From a virus, in IMG/VR virus record IMGVR_UViG_3300037424_001177, positions 32,001 to 96,000 of that record: 64,000 nucleotides of DNA; one strand, written 5' to 3'. The position numbers and the translations under genes are program-made. Below the pieces are notes generated by a model. The model searched no databases. It saw nothing but the letters and a program-made list of their open reading frames with translations, and was not told the DNA's origin. Positions 17,737 through 27,158 of this stretch are shown piece by piece; position 1 is the first letter of the stretch, and the number at the start of each line of letters is the position of its first letter.

Positions 17737-19004
17737 TGAACCTTTCGCGCATGATCAAAGATAGCAGCCTGGTGGATTTGTCCTGGCTGAGGAAGCGAGA
17801 CACTGCACTTCCGAAACAGAATCTGGACACTGTTCCGGATCTACAAGTTTTGTGGGGGTTGAAAGATGGCCCTTCGGAGCGTTTGGTTCCCAATCTCGGT
17901 GAACCCAAAACGATGGGGGATCTCTCTACAGCTCACGGGAAGCTTCGGTCCTCACCAGAGGCGACGATTCGTGAAGTTGTTCGTACAGCACGTTTGGCTG
18001 TCATGCGCACAGCCAATTCACAAGAGATCCGGACCGCTTTGTTGTCACACCACGATACGACAAGCTTGCTGCTCGCGAAGAGTGAAGTGTTGCAGACACT
18101 TGCAGAGCGCGGACTTTTGGGTCGTCTCTACATCGCGGCCGAAGACTTCCCCAACTGTGCCAACCGATCCGCCAACGAGATCGATTTCGTACACCGTTTT
18201 GCGAGCACTAGTAGGTACTTGGTTGCAAAGACCGCGTGTCAAGACTGTTGTCACAAGCACAACAACCATTGTGGGGTTTTCCACAAACAGCTTGTTCTCG
18301 ACGTTCCTTACACTCCCGCCTTGGCAGAGAGCGTGGAGCAGTCTCGTGGGGTTCGAGGAAGTGCTGAGTCAGATCCGAAAACGCGTATCCGAAACGCATT
18401 CCTACCTACGCCTCCCTCCGCACCCTCACGTACTAGTTTTCCGAAAGTGGTAGAGGGAAGCACTCTGATCTCTCCGGATCGTTTGGTCCGCAAAGATCCC
18501 CCTCGTCTGACGCCAGTAGTTCGTGTTGCGTCTCAGTTGGTGAACACGGGGATGCAAGGCAACGCGCTGCTGTCTTCTTTGCAGTCTAAGTTTTTGCCTG
18601 CGGAATTGAAGGCGGAGGCTGTTGCGTTGCGCGAGTTACTTGCGTCGGGTCAAGGACGGACCTTCATTGACCCCACTGTCTACGATGATTACGGATCCTG
18701 TCGTACGGCTGCTCGTCAGTTTCGAGCAAAGACAGAAGTCGTGCGTGTGAAACAAGGTCCGAAGTGTGCTTCCTGTGTTCACCGAGCCGCAGGAACGGAT
18801 CTCTGTTCGGTTTTCAACAAGAAGATTTCGGCAGATCCTCCGAGGCCCGAACCAGTACTTGTTCAGAAGGTCGCTTCCGGGGCTTCTACACCCCCTTCGA
18901 TTGTGAAGGAATACGGGTTGACACAAAAGCCAATCACGATCACAGCGGAGAAAGACTCGAGTGTGTCGAGTGCTTCGATACAAATAGGTAGACAAAACTT
19001 GTGA
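17736..19004 (+). CDS. hypothetical protein with two Cys clusters (C..CxxC..C..F.K)
   Basis: ACQDCCHKHNNHCGVFHK and KCASCVHR..LCSVFNK form an internal duplication; TGATG overlap with the upstream gene. Confidence 0.6.
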   Translation: MNLSRMIKDSSLVDLSWLRKRDTALPKQNLDTVPDLQVLWGLKDGPSERLVPNLGEPKTMGDLSTAHGKLRSSPEATIREVVRTARLAVMRTANSQEIRTALLSHHDTTSLLLAKSEVLQTLAERGLLGRLYIAAEDFPNCANRSANEIDFVHRFASTSRYLVAKTACQDCCHKHNNHCGVFHKQLVLDVPYTPALAESVEQSRGVRGSAESDPKTRIRNAFLPTPPSAPSRTSFPKVVEGSTLISPDRLVRKDPPRLTPVVRVASQLVNTGMQGNALLSSLQSKFLPAELKAEAVALRELLASGQGRTFIDPTVYDDYGSCRTAARQFRAKTEVVRVKQGPKCASCVHRAAGTDLCSVFNKKISADPPRPEPVLVQKVASGASTPPSIVKEYGLTQKPITITAEKDSSVSSASIQIGRQNL

Positions 19005-19369
19005 GTTCGGAATCGGCACGGAGAGTCGTACGGGCATACTTACGCCTGGCGGATCAACTGCCTGGCGGTCGCTCTCGTGCGCGGAAGAACACACAACCCG
19101 TCAACAAACCAAAGGGGATCACGGTCCCTTTGCAGCGTGAACAGGGGGCTGATTTGTCAGGGGACAATCCGGAGGCTGTGGAGCCCGATCGTCGAGACAT
19201 ACGCCCAAAGGATGTGTTCTCCCCGTCACCAAAGAACCTAGCTGTGCAAAACTTGTATGAGACAGGCCGTGATTTGGAACGGGCGATTGAGAGACAAGTT
19301 CCAAAGGATCGTGGGTACGGTTCTGTTTACAACTTGTCTCAGTATTTGATCAAGACGGAGGATTTGTGA
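19001..19369 (+). CDS. hypothetical protein
   Basis: GTGA overlap; starts SARRVVRAYLRLA. Confidence 0.55.
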   Translation: MSSESARRVVRAYLRLADQLPGGRSRARKNTQPVNKPKGITVPLQREQGADLSGDNPEAVEPDRRDIRPKDVFSPSPKNLAVQNLYETGRDLERAIERQVPKDRGYGSVYNLSQYLIKTEDL

Positions 19370-19962
19370 AGCCGTTAGACGACCAGCCAAATGACGTAGT
19401 TGGAACACGCGAAGCTTTGGAAGCTGCTCGGGCAGCGGCTGGCGGAGACATCATTCCAATTGCTCAAGGTCGACGACAACGCGGGCTTCGCACGGCGGCT
19501 AAAAAGATTCTTGATCAAGATTCGACAAATGAGCAGGTAGACGTCCAACGCAAGCACTATCTGAAAAACAACGATCTGATACGTTACGCTGAGGAACGCA
19601 AAGGTGGAGCGACCCTCGATTTGTTGTACACGGTCCGTCGTGAGATAGCCGAAGAGGTTTCGGCTATGCATTTCAATCGAGAGCTGTTGGACCGGAACGG
19701 CTACGACTCGACGACGGTTTCACGAACTCGTGTTATCGCGTTACGCGAGCTGATGCGATTGGAAGTCGAACTGCAACGCATGAATGGTGGATCTATCAAC
19801 TTGCGCGGAGACAAGTTCCAGAAAGTGTTCTCACATTTTATTGACGTTATCCGCGACGCAGCTCAAGCGACTTTGGCTCCTGAACAGGTGAACGTATTTT
19901 TCAATGCCCTGGAGAACAGGTTGGTAGGTTGGGAGGAACGCGTCGACAGCCTGGCTCGTTAA
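19366..19962 (+). CDS. helical protein, candidate terminase small subunit
   Basis: Position immediately upstream of terL and a helical ~200-aa sequence; the function is inferred from position only. Confidence 0.4.
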   Translation: MKPLDDQPNDVVGTREALEAARAAAGGDIIPIAQGRRQRGLRTAAKKILDQDSTNEQVDVQRKHYLKNNDLIRYAEERKGGATLDLLYTVRREIAEEVSAMHFNRELLDRNGYDSTTVSRTRVIALRELMRLEVELQRMNGGSINLRGDKFQKVFSHFIDVIRDAAQATLAPEQVNVFFNALENRLVGWEERVDSLAR

Positions 19963-19967
19963 ATGCC

Positions 19968-21953
19968 ATGGCTGCAAATATCGACACTCCCGCTGGGTCG
20001 CTTGCGGCACTCATACGACAAGCTGGTAGGGATATTGCCAAGGTAGATGGCGACAACAACGTAATAGCTCCGATTTTTGATGTGCTCACGTATGCCGAGA
20101 GTTCTTGGGGACTCGGCATGAAGCTCTACCCGGTTCAGCGATTCATCATCAAGCTCTACTACGGACTCGATCTGTCGGATCGTTTGCCGGATGACCTGCC
20201 GGATCGGATCGTCATCACGGACATGTTCAAAACTCGTACGTTGTATGAGTTTACGGAGGTAGAGTACCTTCACTATTTGTACAATGAGGGTCGTTGTAAC
20301 ATCAACGAGCCGTCATATGACCGACGTGAATTGGTTTTGGCTGTTGGTCGACGGTCTGGCAAGACTGCCATGGCAGGGATTTTTGCAAGCTACGAGGTCT
20401 ATCGGCTACTGAATCTGTATGACCCTCAAGCATACTACGGACTCATTGACGGCAGTCGGATCCAGCTGACGTCCATTGGCACGGACAAGGAACAAGCTGG
20501 ATTGTTGTTCAATGAGGTGGCAACACATGTTGGGAGATGTTCGTACTTCAAGCCGTTCATCGCCAACAACAACCTCACGTTCATGAACTTTCGCACACCG
20601 CGTGATCTCGAGAAACACGGGGTCTCTACTCGAGAGAGTGATGGTAAGTACACGACGTTTTCTGGTAAAGCGTCGATTCGTGTGACTTTCAAACCTTGTG
20701 TCGCACGGAGCCTGCGCGGTCCAGGTAACATCTTGGTTGTGCTGGATGAGGTCGCGCATTATTTGACGAAGGGCGGGAGGTCAGCTGAAGAGATTTACTC
20801 GGCATTGACACCTTCGACCGCGGCGTACACACGAAAGGACCCGATTACAAAACGAATTCTTATTGATTCAGTGACACAACAGGAAGCCCTCGTTGAGTCG
20901 AGAATCATTCTGATCTCTTCACCTTTGGGTAAGTCAGGGAAGTTTTTCGATCAGTACGATTTGGCGATGCGTAACGACCCTGGTGCTGCGTACACCTTGG
21001 CGATTCAAGCTCCGACCTGGGAGGTCAACCCAACAGTCTCTGGTGCTTACTTTCGGACTGAGTACCACAAAAACGCCGTTGTGTTCATGACGGAGTATGG
21101 TGCCAGATTTTCCGATCAAAGCGTTGGGTGGATTGAACGCAAGTCTGATTTGTTGGCTTGCGTCGACCGTGACTTGAGGCCTAAGTCCCGTGCTCGTCCT
21201 CGTGAACCTCACCAGATGGGGTTAGACGTAGGTTTGGTCAATGATGGTACAGTGATTTGTATCACACACCCGGAGCGCAACACTGTCGTCCTGGACTACC
21301 ATGAGGTTTGGCGTGCAGGGTGCCAGTGGAAAGACCTAAACCCGCATTTGGAAGGCCGCTATTCGACCGAGTTTGCAAAGTCTTTGCAGGATGTGGAACG
21401 GCTAGATTTTGACGAGATCGCCAAGTGGATTGAGCTAGTCTGTTCGTGGTTTCACGTCACAGCTGGCTTGTTCGACAGGTGGAACGGTTTGCCTTTGGAG
21501 CAGACGTTACACAAGAAGGGGCTCAAGCAATTCACGTCACAGTTTTTCACGCCTGATCAACGTAGCAAGATGTTCCAAAACGCCAAGATGTTGATGTACG
21601 ACGGTCGACTTCGGCTCTACGACTACCCTATTCCAGAGCGGGCTCGTGATGGAGAGCGCCACTCGGACCTCATCCTCGAGCTGTTTGCTTTGCAAGCTAC
21701 TTTGAAGACGAAGTACATGGTGAACGTCCAAGCACCTCAGAAGCACGGTTCTTTCGACGACTCTGCTGACGCATACGTACGAGCTGTGTCTCTCTCTTCA
21801 GAGTTTCTCGAAAATCAGAAACATGCGGCCACCGGCTCGTTGTTTTCGCGAGATCCTACCTACACGACTATGACGCCTCGTCGATACCAGATGATGCGGG
21901 CACGTCGCCACGGGGTTTCTCCGCGGTTCGTTCCTCGACGTGCCAGGTTCTGA
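19968..21953 (+). CDS. terminase large subunit
   Basis: LYPVQ, VGRRSGKT (Walker A), VVLDEVAH (Walker B), ISSP, GLDVG and DDSADA (RNase H-like nuclease). Confidence 0.9.
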   Translation: MAANIDTPAGSLAALIRQAGRDIAKVDGDNNVIAPIFDVLTYAESSWGLGMKLYPVQRFIIKLYYGLDLSDRLPDDLPDRIVITDMFKTRTLYEFTEVEYLHYLYNEGRCNINEPSYDRRELVLAVGRRSGKTAMAGIFASYEVYRLLNLYDPQAYYGLIDGSRIQLTSIGTDKEQAGLLFNEVATHVGRCSYFKPFIANNNLTFMNFRTPRDLEKHGVSTRESDGKYTTFSGKASIRVTFKPCVARSLRGPGNILVVLDEVAHYLTKGGRSAEEIYSALTPSTAAYTRKDPITKRILIDSVTQQEALVESRIILISSPLGKSGKFFDQYDLAMRNDPGAAYTLAIQAPTWEVNPTVSGAYFRTEYHKNAVVFMTEYGARFSDQSVGWIERKSDLLACVDRDLRPKSRARPREPHQMGLDVGLVNDGTVICITHPERNTVVLDYHEVWRAGCQWKDLNPHLEGRYSTEFAKSLQDVERLDFDEIAKWIELVCSWFHVTAGLFDRWNGLPLEQTLHKKGLKQFTSQFFTPDQRSKMFQNAKMLMYDGRLRLYDYPIPERARDGERHSDLILELFALQATLKTKYMVNVQAPQKHGSFDDSADAYVRAVSLSSEFLENQKHAATGSLFSRDPTYTTMTPRRYQMMRARRHGVSPRFVPRRARF

Positions 21954-21959
21954 GGTTGT

Positions 21960-22208
21960 ATGGATTCTGTTGAGATACCAGACGTGATCTTCGCGAATCG
22001 TGTGATTCGTCAGTTCGTGGACCACTTATGTGGAGAAGACCTTGTGACGTCTACGCAGGACTTTGCCGCGATTCGAAATGTGTTTCGGAGATGTCGGGGA
22101 AACTGGGAGGCGCTGGTTAGCGGATCCATGTTGCAGCTCAGCTTGTTGGAAAAAGTAATAGCTGCGTGGAGCAAGATGCCAACACGTACTCGAACACCCA
22201 AGGACTGA
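21960..22208 (+). CDS. hypothetical protein
   Basis: SD GAGG; packed ORF. Confidence 0.5.
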   Translation: MDSVEIPDVIFANRVIRQFVDHLCGEDLVTSTQDFAAIRNVFRRCRGNWEALVSGSMLQLSLLEKVIAAWSKMPTRTRTPKD

Positions 22209-22211
22209 GAC

Positions 22212-22730
22212 GTGTCAGAGCAATTTCGCACGCGAGACTGCGTGATCTTGTTTCGTAGTGACGAGTACCCCGTCATTGTATCTGAAGCGTTGGCCGCGGG
22301 AGGATGGCCTGGAGGCCAAGGAATTCGTTGGGTTCCTTCTACGAGAGATGAGTTTTTGGTCACCTATTCTGATGGTGAGCCGGGTGGTTTCATTCTTTGG
22401 GGTTCTAACGAGATCTCAGATCAGTTCACATCGATGACTCGTAACCAGCCGTTTTATCGAGTTTCGACCATGGCCGTAGGGTCGTGGCTTATCATGACCT
22501 CGACTTACGAGCGCTACACCTACGCCTCTCGAACAGCAGGTCCCCTTGTACCGCTGGCGTACAACGCTTCAGATCGTTTGCGTTTCTCTCTTCGTGGTTT
22601 TTGGACAGTGGAAGACGAGTGGACGCTCTCGGCTGATCCACGGGCTCCAAACACAAACTACACAGGTCTTGTTGTTCAAGCACCAACCGCGGTGACCGAG
22701 GACTACTTGACCGTCCAGACGACCTTGTAA
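22212..22730 (+). CDS. decoration-protein-like paralog 1
   Basis: Shares RTRDCV, GGWPGGQG, WGS.E, TYERYTYASR and RGFWT with the next two ORFs; C-terminal half aligns by eye with the 31963 protein. Confidence 0.6.
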   Translation: MSEQFRTRDCVILFRSDEYPVIVSEALAAGGWPGGQGIRWVPSTRDEFLVTYSDGEPGGFILWGSNEISDQFTSMTRNQPFYRVSTMAVGSWLIMTSTYERYTYASRTAGPLVPLAYNASDRLRFSLRGFWTVEDEWTLSADPRAPNTNYTGLVVQAPTAVTEDYLTVQTTL

Positions 22731-23251
22731 TGACTGAACTGTTTAGGACTCGGGACTGTGTCGTCTTCCACCGAAGCGATGCCTATCCAGTTGCGATCAC
22801 GCCTACGGCTCAGGTTGGAGGATGGCCTGGCGGTCAAGGATTTCAGTGGCAGGACTCTCTGCAAGATGAATTTCTTACGACGTACTCAGACGGTTCTTTC
22901 GGAGGTTTTGCTCTCTGGGGGTCAGATGAATCTTCGGATCAGTATATCTCGCTCGTCGGCAACCAGGTTAGGTACGGCGCTGTCATTTTGTGCATTGGCA
23001 GTTGGCTGATCGCTACGACAACTTTTGAGCGTTACACCTACGCCTCACGCATTGGTGGCGGTCCTTTGGTTCCCTTGGTCTACGTGGAAGGTTCAAAGCT
23101 GCGTTTCTCTCTTCGTGGTTTTTGGACAGTGGAAGACGAGTGGACCTTGTCAGCCGACCCTCGAGCCCCAAACACAAACTACACAGGTCTTGTTGTTCAA
23201 GCACCAACTGTCATTACGGACAACTATTTGACTCTTCAAACGATTCTGTGA
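22730..23251 (+). CDS. decoration-protein-like paralog 2
   Basis: Same shared motifs; TAATG coupling to paralog 1. Confidence 0.6.
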   Translation: MTELFRTRDCVVFHRSDAYPVAITPTAQVGGWPGGQGFQWQDSLQDEFLTTYSDGSFGGFALWGSDESSDQYISLVGNQVRYGAVILCIGSWLIATTTFERYTYASRIGGGPLVPLVYVEGSKLRFSLRGFWTVEDEWTLSADPRAPNTNYTGLVVQAPTVITDNYLTLQTIL

Positions 23252-23775
23252 TCTTCATGTTGGACACGCTTCGTACACGGGATTGTGTCGTCTTCTACAA
23301 GGAAGACTCGACGACCGTTACCGTTCAACCAACCATGGTTGTTGGAGGATGGCCTGGCGGCCAAGGGATCCGTTGGTCCAATGTGCCGATTGATGATCGG
23401 ACGGTAGACTACTCTGATGGGCGAGCTTGTGGGTTTTTGATTTGGGGATCGGATGAACCAGGGGACGACTTTGCTTCGACGACTCGGCAACAACTTGTCT
23501 ACCGATATGCAACCATGCTTTTTGGTGGATGTCTTATTTCTACCTCGACTTACGAGCGTTACACCTACGCCTCACGCATTGGTGGCGGTCCGTTGGTTCC
23601 GTTGATCTACACAGTCAACCAACTCTTGTATTTCTCAAGTCGCGGTTTCTGGACATCTGAAGACGAACTGACACTGTCAGGCAGCTTATTTGCTCCGGCA
23701 GCGCTGGTTGGACGTGTTGCACAATTGCCGAAATCTGTGAACAGTGCGTTTCTTGGCATACAGGTGTCTATCTAG
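23248..23775 (+). CDS. decoration-protein-like paralog 3 (start GTG 23248 or ATG 23257)
   Basis: Same shared motifs as paralogs 1 and 2. Confidence 0.6.
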   Translation: MIFMLDTLRTRDCVVFYKEDSTTVTVQPTMVVGGWPGGQGIRWSNVPIDDRTVDYSDGRACGFLIWGSDEPGDDFASTTRQQLVYRYATMLFGGCLISTSTYERYTYASRIGGGPLVPLIYTVNQLLYFSSRGFWTSEDELTLSGSLFAPAALVGRVAQLPKSVNSAFLGIQVSI

Positions 23776-23777
23776 CT

Positions 23778-24194
23778 ATGCCCACCGTGCCCGTCCCATC
23801 CAGTGCCGAAGTTGACTCTGATCGGGAGTTGCTTTCGATGCACGATACCCACAAGGGTCTGGTGGCGGATTTGGAGCGTGTGACTCGCGACGTGTACCAG
23901 TCGTCGGTGAATTTGCGGGAGACAGCACGTAGGTTGTCACCCTCATCGTCTGTGGCGTCTGGATACCTTATTTTTGCCAACGCTTACGTGAGATTTGCCG
24001 GAGCAGTCGCTCAAGGTCTCCGTCGAACCAGCGTGGTGGAGAGAATTGTAGAACACGCTAGGGCAGAGGCTGAAGAGGACCGTGTGCGAAGAGAGCAGCA
24101 GTCTAGAGAGAAGCAACAGAAACCCACACGCCGTTTGGCTCCTGTTTCCGTGCCTGACACCTTAGACGACCTGTTCGGTGAAATCGAAGCTTGA
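23778..24194 (+). CDS. hypothetical coiled-coil protein
   Basis: Packed ORF. Confidence 0.5.
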   Translation: MPTVPVPSSAEVDSDRELLSMHDTHKGLVADLERVTRDVYQSSVNLRETARRLSPSSSVASGYLIFANAYVRFAGAVAQGLRRTSVVERIVEHARAEAEEDRVRREQQSREKQQKPTRRLAPVSVPDTLDDLFGEIEA

Positions 24195-26029
24195 TGGCCT
24201 ACTCAAATTTTCCGAGACGATATTCTGCTGTGATTCAGGTTCCAGATTCGCGTAGCTTGACCAAGCCCTACGTGTCTGGGGCGTACAGTAGCCAGCTGAC
24301 GTTCAAGGAGCGTCTTGCCCGTCGTGTTCAGTCGAGTGGGGCTTTGGGTGGGTTCGGACTCAGCAGCATGGGTCTTGGAGGCGGAACAGGGATTGGTTTG
24401 GGTGCTGCTGGTGGGACCATGCAAAGCTCCCAGAGCAACTTCTACAGCCCCCAGCTATCCACGGACTTCCTCGAGCTGCCGCAAAGCGTTCGTGAGCGAC
24501 GAGAGATTTTCCGGCACTTCTACAACTCGGATGAGATAGTCGGACAAGCCATTGACATCCACACAGAGCTTCCTCTCTCGAAAGTTCGACTGACTGCCCC
24601 GAAACCCCTCAAAGCACCAGAGGGTTTCAGCTCACCGGAGAATTACGGGAAATACATTCTCAGTCGTTTCGAGCGCATGTGCAAGAAGATCAAGTTGTTC
24701 CAACGACTGATCACGATCGTACATCACTACTGGCTCGATGGCGTCACGTGCATTTTTGCCGAGGACTCGTCGGTTGAAGTCCCGGAAGACGTGGGTCGCA
24801 CAAAGAAGACGATCAAGGAAGCTGTCTTGCGTGAGGATGGAACTACATTCGACCAAGACAAGACAATTTGGGAAGACACCCCCGAGACGGATGCGGCCGA
24901 ATCAGCTTACTACAAGAAACACTATGTGGGGTGGGATCGACTGATAGTAATACCTATTGATAAAGTGAAAATCACCACGTTCAGCTACAGTGATCGTCCT
25001 CTTATTGAGTTGATTCCGTCTGAGCGCGACCGTCAAATGATTGAGCGCGCGAAAACCGGAGATGTCGACGCGAAAAAATTGGTTGAACAAATTCCGAATG
25101 AGGTCCGAAGTTGTCTCGAAGCGGGCAAGACAATACCGCTTGGCACCGATCCAGACAAAGGATCGTTCGGTTACATTTTGACCGGCAGCAAAGACGCTGA
25201 CATCAGTATCGGTCAACCAATATTGGGGAGATGCCTTAGATCCTTGATCTATATTGATAAGCTCCGACAGGCTCAGACGTCCATCGCGTCTCGGGCAATG
25301 ACACCTAAGCGCATCGTATGGGCCGAAGGGTTGAGCGACATCGATACTGACGCGTTGCGTGAGCAGGTGGATCTGGCGCTCGTCGATCCTGACTACTCGA
25401 TTGTCGCCAATTACGAAGTCCACTGGGAGGAGATGGGGGCCCGAGATCGTCTCCTGGATTTGTCAGCGGAGTACGAACAAGTCCAACGTAGAATCTTGGC
25501 AGGTCTCGGCGTGACGGAAAGTTTGATGTCTGGGGAGTCTTTGTACTCCGGTGACCGTCTTAAGCTTGAAGTCATCAATCAACGTTACTTGCATCTTCGG
25601 GAGATCTTGCAGGAGTACGTCGAGGAGTACCTTTTCCGCCCGATAGCAAGGCGCATGGGATTCATTGAGGAGGACGAGTGGGGGCAGGAAGTCGTGTTGT
25701 GTCCGAAGCTGTCTTTCACACGCTTGCCGTTGAGGGATAGCCAAGACACATTCAACGACCTCTACAATCTGTACTCGAAGGGGTCGATCTCAATCGACCT
25801 CATTCTTGAGACGTTGAATATCGACCCTGGCGATACGAAGTCCAAAATCGAACGTGATCTTTTCACGGTCAACGACGCTATATTCAACGAGGTCTTGCGT
25901 TCGCTTTACAACGAAGTGGGGCGTCTCTTGGTCGACAAGACAGACGTCTTGGAGCGTATTTCCAAGTACCTGAAGCTCGAGATGAACTCCAAAGATGAAG
26001 CCCTACCGGAAGAAGGTCGGTTCGGGTGA
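24194..26029 (+). CDS. portal protein
   Basis: ~610 aa, between terminase and protease/scaffold/MCP; R.FY..D.IVGQAIDIH.ELP, G.PIL.R.L..L, RILAGLGV.ESL.SG portal-like pattern. Confidence 0.8.
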   Translation: MAYSNFPRRYSAVIQVPDSRSLTKPYVSGAYSSQLTFKERLARRVQSSGALGGFGLSSMGLGGGTGIGLGAAGGTMQSSQSNFYSPQLSTDFLELPQSVRERREIFRHFYNSDEIVGQAIDIHTELPLSKVRLTAPKPLKAPEGFSSPENYGKYILSRFERMCKKIKLFQRLITIVHHYWLDGVTCIFAEDSSVEVPEDVGRTKKTIKEAVLREDGTTFDQDKTIWEDTPETDAAESAYYKKHYVGWDRLIVIPIDKVKITTFSYSDRPLIELIPSERDRQMIERAKTGDVDAKKLVEQIPNEVRSCLEAGKTIPLGTDPDKGSFGYILTGSKDADISIGQPILGRCLRSLIYIDKLRQAQTSIASRAMTPKRIVWAEGLSDIDTDALREQVDLALVDPDYSIVANYEVHWEEMGARDRLLDLSAEYEQVQRRILAGLGVTESLMSGESLYSGDRLKLEVINQRYLHLREILQEYVEEYLFRPIARRMGFIEEDEWGQEVVLCPKLSFTRLPLRDSQDTFNDLYNLYSKGSISIDLILETLNIDPGDTKSKIERDLFTVNDAIFNEVLRSLYNEVGRLLVDKTDVLERISKYLKLEMNSKDEALPEEGRFG

Positions 26030-27126
26030 TAAGGCATCCTGACCACGTTTCGGGGTCGCTGATCTTAGCTCCGAAGTCGATGACCAAGAGGGCCATACGT
26101 ATTTCTGGCAACCGACACCTCGTTGTAACGGACGTTTACGACCTGTATTGGTTTTTCGCGTACGCTCGTCAGGACATCTTTTATCGTCGAGTCGCCGGAG
26201 AGGATCCTCCGTGGACTACGAACCCGATCTTCAATAGGTACCGTTTTTGTAATGTGTATCGAGTGTCGGACCGCGTGAGCCAGTACTTGATCCGACACGT
26301 GATCTACGAAGGGATCCAGTCGCCTGAGGAGATCCTTTTCCGAATCATGCTTTTTCGGGTGTTCAACAAGATCGAGACTTGGGAATGGTTGGTTTCACAA
26401 CACGGTGAGTTGACGTGGAAAACTTTCTCATACCAATTGTACGCAAGGTCGTTGGACTTGTTGAAGGTCTATGGAGAGCCCGTCTACAACCATGCTTACA
26501 TACTCCCGTGTCCAAACATTGACAATTTGAGGTGCAAGCACCATGCACATTTGCGGCTGTTGGAGCAGTCGATGTTGGGTGAGCTGCCGATGCTTGTGTA
26601 CACGGCTGACACGTTTGAAACCCTTTACCGAAGGATTCATGCGATCCCGTCGTTTGGACCGTTCCTCGCTTTCCAGTTGGCCATCGACATCAACTATAGC
26701 CCGATCTGTAATTTTTCCGAGAACGACTACGTCGTTGCGGGGCTTGGCGCCAAAGACGGGATCCGGAAGTGCTTCACAGACATTGGGGACTTGTCGGAAG
26801 CGGACATCATCAAGGTCGTCTGTGATAGAGCCGAAGAGGAGTTCCATTCCCGAGGCCTACTCTGGAAGGGCTTGTGGGGACGCCCCCTGCAACTGATCGA
26901 TTGTCAGAACTTGTTCTGCGAGATCGGTAAGTACTCCCGGGCTTCACATCCCGCTTTCAAAGGGATGCTTAAGCGCGTCAGAATCAAGAATCGCTACCGT
27001 CCTAAGCCATTTCCTGTACCTCAGTGGTATCCGCCGAAGTGGGGTCTTGTGCCTGATCCGACGAACATGATGCGACAAGGTTCCGCTGGATACCTGCACG
27101 AGCAGCTGGCACCGCGTTCTGCATAG
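26026..27126 (+). CDS. aGPT-pyrophosphorylase clade 1 / 5-hmdU DNA kinase helical-domain family (DNA base hypermodification)
   Basis: RQ.I..RR..G..PPWT..PI...YRFCNVYR..DRVSQYLI, FRVFNKIETW, GPFLAFQ..ID, G.GA..G, IDCQNLFCE..KY.R. Confidence 0.75.
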   Translation: MIRHPDHVSGSLILAPKSMTKRAIRISGNRHLVVTDVYDLYWFFAYARQDIFYRRVAGEDPPWTTNPIFNRYRFCNVYRVSDRVSQYLIRHVIYEGIQSPEEILFRIMLFRVFNKIETWEWLVSQHGELTWKTFSYQLYARSLDLLKVYGEPVYNHAYILPCPNIDNLRCKHHAHLRLLEQSMLGELPMLVYTADTFETLYRRIHAIPSFGPFLAFQLAIDINYSPICNFSENDYVVAGLGAKDGIRKCFTDIGDLSEADIIKVVCDRAEEEFHSRGLLWKGLWGRPLQLIDCQNLFCEIGKYSRASHPAFKGMLKRVRIKNRYRPKPFPVPQWYPPKWGLVPDPTNMMRQGSAGYLHEQLAPRSA

Positions 27127-27158
27127 GCCCGTGAATTGTTTGTTCGCCCGTCTCTTTT

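Noticed and set aside
821-21953. Inteins or introns in RecA, DnaX or terminase
   Set aside because: No C...HN splice motifs or LAGLIDADG inserts were seen, and conserved motifs are at normal spacing.
22212-23775. Diversity-generating retroelement template/variable repeats
   Set aside because: The repeats lie within three full paralogous ORFs, the differences are not adenine-specific, and no reverse transcriptase is present in the window.
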